Positions 57,301 through 64,000 of a stretch of DNA of 64,000 nucleotides are shown in pieces; the first letter of the stretch is position 1; each line of letters opens with the position of its first letter. The position numbers were made by a program, and so were the translations under genes. The notes below the pieces were generated by a model. That model was given only the letters and a program-made list of their open reading frames with translations. It did not search any database and had not been told where the DNA came from. This stretch comes from Strigamia acuminata (taxonomy: Eukaryota), in assembly GCA_949358305.1 (NCBI GenBank), contig OX442314.1:28086001-28150000 (forward strand). The letters run 5' to 3'.

Positions 57301-58135
57301 TCGAACTGAGGAAAATACCCGGGAGCATAAACGTCTCTGACATATTCACCAAGTGGTTAAGTGCGGACCGGCTTAATCTACTGATTGCGAACATTTTTGA
57401 TTTTCATCGGATACGTCATTCCTAATTTATTTATCCAGAATTTGAGAATTACTGAGCATTAGATTGGGAATTGTGTTTATAAGTGCCCTAAAAGTACCCG
57501 GCTCGGTAATTCGCTTTCTTTAGTTATAATTATTGTATACGACATTGGAATCATGTCTTTTCCGGGGTTACAGTCTCGACTTTCTTATTTCATTTGTTAT
57601 TTGTTCATCCCTGTGATTGTGAAAAGGGGGAATTTGTAGATCAAGAGATCATTTATTATTTCACAATTACAGAGTTTTTCCTTTATTTATTTATAATGTA
57701 TATGTTTTGTTTTCCCCACTTATGTATCTAGTTTTGATACATATCGTATTTTAAGCATTGAGCACCATGCGCCCTTTATCATTTTCTTTAATTTTCACTT
57801 AATGTGAAATATTGTCGCTTAGTAAAGTGAGCACCAGATGGTGTCTTATCGTTTTTGCTTTTGTTATCCAACATGGCGTCTCCCGCACAGGACGGTCGCC
57901 TTTATGTATTCTCTTCATTTATAGCAGTATGTAAGTGTATATTTTCATTAAACCGTTTTATTTAGGCTTTTTATTAAGCTTTTGTTCTTTGTTTGCCACG
58001 TTTGATAAGTGGCAAACACACACGTTTTCACGAGGCCGTGCGGAGAAGCGCGCCCGTGCCACGTCGTCATTATTACGCTCATTTCGGCCATTAATAGCTT
58101 CCACTGGCCCGTTTTATTTTTTTCACCACGCTACA
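51387..58135 (+). mobile_element. Copia E: full-length, apparently intact CopiaMBD element
   Basis: LTRs 51387-51888 and 57635-58135 (only a one-T homopolymer difference seen); TSD TATTC; PBS TGGTAGCAGAG at 51891; PPT GAAAAGGGGGAA. Confidence 0.97.
52629..57425 (+). CDS. Copia E gag-pol polyprotein, about 1598 aa
   Basis: Uninterrupted ORF with all catalytic motifs; MBD WKREEHLRKDQFPGQIKIDVYYFPKPGLRLRSKPNIREYC at about 55640-55820. Confidence 0.96.
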   Translation: MSKSSDASVGKIPILSIGNYESWRRSMRMYLKSEGLWHHVTEDTEEADLKTFNDKELKKYKKRKDRALGLIYCQVSEAKRSVLDPCNTPKESWDALAKVYAPSSRARKAAMRREFLGLHLLPGEEMVDFIGRVDDHVRKLTDVKETISDDHKAYQYLDMLPSEYSQVSFAIYHWPDDDFKPIKVADQLLSEYLRLKSISSRDNPNSSSQAFANERRGRDQSRPSRPLTQIQCYNCGDMGHYANRCPHPPNPNRIDKNRPTATFQRKSRSSSRKRKQKANQQDNSKPRGNSQVRRESNFFLNAPPQVEVPIAHFMQNSEWIVDCGATDHVSHVKAWFSDFQPVTPFDIELGQGHSQVTGKGTVRIQTFIDNCECVVNLHEVLYAPNFEANLISVSRIDNNKHHIHIFNSEINVYETDIRHSVLRARQKGGLYYVDGLRPPTTVTVNNPQVQNEVLPSTNPKTMVTIEEDFPKIKKASKKSKTRDITDFRIELPNPVPKNLLPQTFHPPPVPTPVLTNSNPIVPSYATALNSIPPKSNPGKQIKQNGQKPIATATSKKDSTGLWHSRLGHLHANAIRLLANNPQVYGFTPEEVRQELACNHCRIAKSIRASHKPDPHPITTKALDLMHMDLWGPAPATSFGGARYVLTIIDDATRYTWIIPIAQKSQTFQCFKDFVSRVERVANTRIKAIRTDRGGEFISNEFTKYLNDSGIQAQRTNPASPQMNGTAERINRTMADHFRAILDETQLPLELWAEIAVNFAYVKNRSPHSRLNNEVPYILWRQRALSLRHLRKIGSKCWVHYTAPGRSKFESRAWEGFLVGYATGTRGYRVWNPIDDKVIETIHVQIDEKQSFRRSSHNSRRQTSLAEDLNAQSVPTTTSRVNFDDNVGYSDWPARMSDSEDQNTSSDYDSDDSTPQGAVGGISPPPSPPVRVPTPKPSPVLTPTVSPFHTPDNSPPGSPNPFVTARRGSGPTHRPPPAPTETHTVVPTIIPTATTSYKWRYVGGTGPCSHWKREEHLRKDQFPGQIKIDVYYFPKPGLRLRSKPNIREYCDKEGIIYDDDLFFFGNMEHQLPEVPPIRPIIHLCRREPSSYSEAGKFPDAPKWREAIDEELGTFKKREVYQEVPKPPNTTILGCKWIFKLKTDATGKINRYRARLVAQGFRQTIGIDFDEVFSPVVNFVLIRFFFCLLVVLKGWQDTHLDIKCAYLYGELKHRIYMRIPAGAMCDDPENVWLLTKSLYGLHQSGREWYQKLDETLKELGFRKMPACNCVYVFGKSAVMLVYVDDIVLFYSSKSILTQVLQLISSKFEIVDLGPITKLLGVEFVRHMGQTFMIQSVFIEKLLKKFGITADNVIKVPVTPGTTLVKGPKENLADFPYRSLIGSLLFLASRTRPDILYSVITLSQYNNCYTAAHIKALLQVLRYVANTANYCIELSNCTSGQLWAYTDASWASDVATSLSFGGYIAFIGNTPIGWSCKKQTSVAASTMEAEFVALMEVVKELYWLDHIYSELPLLNRVSKPIIFSDALASIQFSTNDVENSRTKYIRVKFHWLREWHSEGRFELRKIPGSINVSDIFTKWLSADRLNLLIANIFDFHRIRHS

Positions 58136-59561
58136 TATTCGCCCTATTCTCTATTCGGTTTTTGGCGTATTGTATCGCGGGCATACTGTCCGCGTACACG
58201 CATGGGGTGTTCCGATTGATGCTGAACATGATGTCGGCATCGTAAAGCCTCTCTAGCCATATAATCTCCTTTACGCCATCGACCACGGCCAGAAATTCAC
58301 TCTCCATGATCGATAACGCAGTCATTGACTGCTTATGGCAGTTCCACATGATCGGAACGCCACCCAAATAGACTATGTGACCCCCGAAGCTTCTCCTTTT
58401 GTCTGCATCGAGGGCAAACGACGCGTCGGTATACACAGTTAGATTATCATTTCGGCAATTGGAAAGATTAATCATATAATCCGACGTATTTGCCAGATAT
58501 CGCAAAATTTGCAATAACATACTAATGTGACGCGTCGAATGTTTCTCATTGTATTGTGAGAGGACAATGACCGAGAACAGGATGTCTGGCCTTGTCCTGC
58601 TCGCCAAGAACAAGAGACTTCCCACTAAGTTGCGATAGGGGAAAGTGGAATCAACCCGCTCCTTTTCCGTCACGCCCTGAATAATCGTTCCTGGCGTCCC
58701 AGGTACTCTAATCCGAAGGCATGAGTCGACCCCATACAACTTACAAAGTTTTTCTATGTATGCCCTTTGATGGATCCTAATTTGGCCCCCAGACCTATCA
58801 AAGGCTATGCCTAACAAGAGGGTCACGGGACCCAAATCAACCGTGTCAAAGGATTCCCTAATCCATCGAACAACGCATTCCTCGACGTAGTCATCCTTGG
58901 AGAAGAGAACTATGTCGTCCACGTAAAAGATAAGAATTGCGTCGTTGTCTAACGCATAAACACAGTTAAGACCCAACAAGGGCACAAATCCCAGTTGGAG
59001 TAGACGGTCGTGGAGGGCTTGGTACCACATCCGTCCACTCTGATGTAGTCCATATAATGACTTCAACAGCATCCAACACTTATGTTGGTTTTCGGCTGTT
59101 CTGTAGCCCTTGGGAATCTCCATGAATTGGACCTTATCAAGGTCCCCGTACAAGTACGCGGCCTTGATGTCAAGGTGGACATCTCTCCAACCTTTCAGTA
59201 TCACCAAGGTACAGAAAAACACTATAACGAGGACGAAATTGACTACGGGGGAAAATACCTCCGTAAAGTCAATGCCCGGCCTCTGTTTGAAGCCTTGTGC
59301 TACCAAGCGAGCCCGGTAGCGCGCGACTGCACCCGACTGGTCCCTTTTCATTTTATAAATCCATTTTGATCCCAAAAGCAACTCTCCTTCGGGCTTATCA
59401 ATTTCTTTATAGACAGTTCGATCGTCGAAGATATCTGTCTCTTCTTTCATCGCCTTTTCCCAGTCCCGTTTGTTGGTGTGCCTCATTGCCTCCTCGTAGG
59501 TATCAGGCTCTACGGCACAGAAACCGGCAAAAGGGAGTTCGGGTTCTTCACCCTCTAAGGT

Positions 59562-59750
59562 TTTGAAGTCAAAAAGATCTGGGTCGTAGTGGTAACCCTC
59601 TGCGTCGCACCATCGCGCAACGTCAGTCCGACTTCTAAGTTTGTCTTCATTGGGCGAGAAATAAACCACATCAATTTTCCCAGCCGTTGCCCCGGCTTTC
59701 CGGACAGACTGGACCCGTCTCCACTTAGTCATATCCAGCGGCAGCGACAA
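59562..59750 (-). other. Near-canonical MBD domain in Copia F
   Basis: LPLDMTKWRRVQSVRKAGATAGKIDVVYFSPNEDKLRSRTDVARWC...DPDLFDF closely parallels host MBD2/MeCP2-type LP.GW.....RKSG.SAGK.DVYY.SP.GKKFRSK...FDF. Confidence 0.92.
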
Positions 59751-62700
59751 AGGATCTTTGACCTTCTTTCCCTTTTTGCCCGAACCACGACGAGCTTGTA
59801 TCGTAGGAGGAAGATCAACCTCCTCATCGTCGTCAGGATAAACATTGAAGTAATTCTCGCCATCGCCGTTATCCCCCTTCGCCCCACCAATTTCTTCAAC
59901 TGGATTATCCCCAGCACCAGCATCCCCAACCAAGTCACCTTCAACAGTTTCTATCGCAGGCTGTTGCATCGCTTGTTTTACAAGCGGCCTCAATTCAGGT
60001 CTGAAAACAGGCTTTGGGGTTGTGGGTAAAGGAGGCTTCTCCTTCGGAACCGGGGGTTCAACAGGGGGCGGAATAGGAGGTGGTAGTGCCTCTTGCACTT
60101 CCTCAACAATTTCAGGGATAGGGGCAACGGAATCATCATCATCTCCCTCGGTGTCCGAGGAAGAATCCCCAAAATGTTTGAATTGGCCACCCTGCGGTTG
60201 CTTGATGGGCTGTTGTAGCCGTTTGCCAATCTCATACCAATATGAGTCTTCGAAAATTCGGACATGTTTGGACGCAAAAACTTGATTCCGTACAGGATCC
60301 CAAACCCTGTAGCCCCTAGTTGATATTGCGTATCCAATGAGTGCTCCCGCCCAAGCCCTTCCTTCCAGTTTGCCCTTTCTGACCTGGGACGGGATATGTA
60401 CAAATGTCTTCGACCCAATACACCTGATGTGTCGCAAAGACAATTTCTTGCCGAAAAACACGGTATAGGGCACTTTTCCTCCAAGCCCTTCATGGGGGAA
60501 TCGGTTCTTTAAGTAAACTATGGTCGTCGCTAATTCAGCCCAAAGGGGATAGGGGAAATCATTTTCCAACATTAAAGCTCTGACGCCACCGACAATGGTA
60601 CGGTTTGCACGTTCTGCAACAGAATTCATTTCCGGGCTATATGTATTCGTACGAATACATTTCAAACCAATTTTGGATGCATAATCATCCCAATTCCGCG
60701 AAATAAATTCTCCTCCATTATCAGTTTTAATGCATTTCACTTTCCGTGATGTCGTTCTTTCGACTTCCGTCAACCAACGTTTAAAATGGCCCAAAACTTC
60801 CCCTTTGGTCTTCATCGTTATGATCCACATATAACGTGAATAATCATCAACCAATATAAAGTAAAAATTAGCCCCACCCAAGGAAGTAGCTTGTGATGCC
60901 CCCCAAACATCCATGTGCACTAAATCTAATACTCCCTTAGTGGAAATGGTAATTATCGGGGGAAAACTCGCCCTAGTGCTCTTAGCACGGGCACATGCGT
61001 CACAAGTGGATAATTCTTTGTTAGACAAATTGATCCCAAAAACGTCCTCGGATTCGGTTAATTTAATAATGCCTTTAGCATTATGGTGGCCCATTCTGGA
61101 ATGCCACGTGTCCATACTCTGGGATATTTCTTTCTTTCTCATTTTGATCCCAGTATCCCCGCTTTTGTTAACTTTCGCAGTCGCATTAGCTTCGGGAACA
61201 ATAGCAGGAGGTGTCTGAACCTCATTCACTGTTTTCTGTAAATTAATCGCCGCAGGCGCATTCGCTTTGGTTGGCTCGCTTACTTGCGTACTCAAATTAG
61301 ATGCGGATTTTCCCATATCCGGCTTACAGAAACTTTTTAGTAAAGCTGACTTAAAATCTAAAATGGTTAGTAGCGGTTGTACAAATTTTTCATCCTTCAC
61401 GGATGATTTGATTAAATCGAGGACAGCAGCTGTATCCTGTTGCGCAGTTAATGCAGCTGTGTTTACAGAATTAACCTCGACCCGGCAGTTGACTTTGTAC
61501 AGCCTGTCGCTAGTCCGAACTGCCGAAATCAATGGTTCCTCGATTTTATCTTTGAAAATACTCATCTTCCCATCTTTAACAATTGTGCACAACCCAGCCT
61601 CATCGGTGCGCCCGAGCGAAATAAGGTTTTTCCGAAAATTCGGTGCGAAGAATACATTCGTCAAAGTTATTTTCCTCGTTCTTTGTCCATAGAGCGAAGT
61701 GAGGACGATGTTGCCCACACCTTCAATCTTCGATTTTCCTTCTCCTTGTAGAACGCTGAAGTTAGACAACGGTTTGAAGTTTGAAAACCAATTCCGGTTG
61801 AAGGAAAAGTGGTCGGTCGCTCCCGTGTCCACGTACCACTGTGAATCGTAGTTTCCGTGCGACACAAGAGATAAGGGCACTGTGGGCTTCTCTTCCGACA
61901 CCGCAGAATACAAAGTGTAGGGCTCATCTGTATAGGGGTCCAGTTGTGTGAGATTTGCTCTCTGTGGACCCCTTCTGCCTCGTCCTTTGCCACGGGTGCC
62001 TCCACGATTCAATTGGGCTGGCGAGCCAGCGCTGGCGGGGAAAGTCCCTTGCTGTTTCGGCGGCGATGGGCACTCCCTGGCGAAGTGTCCCGACCCACCG
62101 CAAGTAAAACATGTTCCACGCGAAGTTCCGGGGGAATTTGGGGTTTTTCCACGAGGTTTCCATTTCCCTTTAGTATAGAAAGCGGTAGTATTGTCTGCCA
62201 ATACAGGTGGGACGCCAAATTCATTGGTCTGTTCATAAAGGCGATTGTACTCGCCAAGTAAACGTTCTTTAACGTTTTTCGCTGTGAATTCCGTATCCGA
62301 CCAGTGATACGCGGTCTGTTTCACAGCCTCGTATTGTGGGGGCAGAAGATCTAAATATTGGAATGCCTGGAATTCATCGGTGACCTCAATTTTAACGTCC
62401 TTCAGTTCGACGATTTTGCGGTCGACCCGCCCGGTGAAAACTAGCATTTCCTCATTATCTCGAAGTTTCATGTTGAGGAATTCACGTCGCAACCGAGCAC
62501 GACGTGCCCTCGTCGTCGGTTGATAAGCGTCCTTTAGGGCTTCCCAAACTTTCGCAGCGGTGGGGCAGGCAACAGCTATCACTTGCTGCGGCTCAGCGCA
62601 ACTCATGCAGATAGTGGACATTGCCTTGTCCTCTCGAGCGTTAAACTCTCGCTTCTCTTTTGCAGTGGCTGTTGCAGCCAGTGGTGGCTCAGAGCCACTA

Positions 62701-64000
62701 ACATGTCCCCAAACGCCGTTGTATTTGAGCAATAACTGGACCTGCACGGACCAGGTGGCATAGTTCGTGCCATCGAGCTTTTTAATATCCTTGTAATCGT
62801 CGTGCTTTGAAGCCATCACGACGACACCAGGAAAATGCACAATAATAATTGGTTATGCACAGAGAGAACACAATTTCGGAATTTATTCCGCACACACACT
62901 TCACAGGAGCACTTAATCACACAATGCACAATTGTCTCTAGTCCCAAAAACCAAAAAGGAAGGCGAAAATACAGTTTCAACCCGGGGAATCTCAATAAGT
63001 GAGATTGGAAAACCTTGACTGGCAATCCACCAACTCTTCCGTCCGACCTCCTGGGGTCGCGGGATGGTTGGGGGCCCTGGATAAGCCCAGCCAAGAATAC
63101 AGTGCTACGTGCCCGACTGGACGTAGGGTAGCACCGAATCTAACAAGGGACCAACAACAAAAACTTAAAACTATACAGAGTTTCACGAAAGTATGCAAAT
63201 AAATCAAAACAGTCTAGATGTGAAGTTGGCCAATTACAGGATCCTTGCGCCGTAATCGGTTCCCACGATGTGTTCAACGTCGGCTTCACGTGTCGAATTA
63301 ACTCACACGCACGCCGGGGTGCTAATGTGAGGAGAAACCCTCTCAACTGGTGCACCCTGCGTGCAAAACCAGGGTTTCCTCTTGAAATCGTCGTTGCGCA
63401 CGTCCGCGCCTTCGTAATTCCACGTCGGGTGGAAATCACGGCTCTTCGTGCTAAATATGGCTGTGTACGTGGACTTACACGTAAACACAGCTCCAAAACG
63501 AATATTCACCGTCGATGGCGATGAAAAACGATCAAAATGGTCGCCACAGAACAAATCTTCGTCCTCGACGATCCTACGACAAATATCGGTCGTTTTGCGT
63601 CGAAACTCCGTCGTGTCGACGTGAATGGGCGTCGTCTCGCTGGCAATACTGATTGCCTCGGCAAAATAACGTCGTATTGGCGTGTATCGGTTCAGATGCA
63701 CGTCTGGGCTGCGATTCGCTTCACGGCCGAATCCAAAATGGCCGCCGCAGGAAAATTTCACAACGACGTCGGAAAAAGTGCTTATTTCGCACAGAAAAAT
63801 TTCGAAATAAAGCTGCTTACACACTAAAATGTCCGTAGTAATGTCCGCACACGTTGCCGATCGTTTCCAATCGATTTGGCGAAGAAAATCCGTCTGCGTC
63901 GGTCGGTTCGCGTTTGCGGCGAAGTCGGGCGACGTCTTGGCTTCGTCTCGCGTCCAAAAAGGTCGGAAATCCTTTACAAACTGGTCAGGCCGTCGAGAAC

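Larger units (their letters stand above)
51215..62816 (-). pseudogene. Copia F gag-pol (62816-58136 joined to 51381-51215); no lesion other than the Copia E insertion
   Basis: CFTCGGSGHFAREC, WYVDTGATDH, WHSRMGH...CDAC, HMDVWG, KTDNGGEF, YVDD, YTDASF; ...ENRAN|KHIDVKLHFLRDW...ADVMTKWL restored in frame. Confidence 0.93.
50721..64000 (-). mobile_element. Copia F: divergent CopiaMBD element, interrupted by Copia E; 5' LTR beyond the window; putative 3' LTR 50721-51197
   Basis: PPT AAAGGGGG at 51201-51208 (minus strand); RNaseH C-terminus at 51215-51386 joins 58136 across the TATTC TSD. Confidence 0.9.

Overview
Eukaryotic, most likely arthropod, genomic DNA. The MBD-bearing Copia elements and the intron-rich divergent ionotropic receptor suggest a myriapod or chelicerate, which is an inference. 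About 70% of the window is a nest of seven Ty1/copia LTR retrotransposons, labelled here A (1-6053), B (24575-31761), C (36408-47280), G (39479-45385, inside C), D (47715-50720), F (50721->64000, inside D) and E (51387-58135, inside F). They sit in older Ty3/gypsy sequence or in each other, and four have clean 5-bp target-site duplications (TSDs). Every element whose integrase-RT linker is visible encodes a methyl-CpG-binding (MBD)-like domain there; this matches the described CopiaMBD family. B and E have intact ORFs and identical or near-identical LTRs. The AT-rich 6.6-23.4 kb interval holds an 11-exon divergent ionotropic receptor gene, the first three exons of a tandem paralogue, MITEs and a Tc1 element with long TIRs. 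The strongest candidates for undescribed biology are: (i) a covariation-supported multi-stem RNA structure in the 5' leader of five Copia elements from four lineages; (ii) a covariation-supported pseudoknot in the 3' UTR of three of them; (iii) a probable TA...TA LTR; (iv) a spliced CxxCxGxG zinc-finger gene reconstructed across two Copia insertions.
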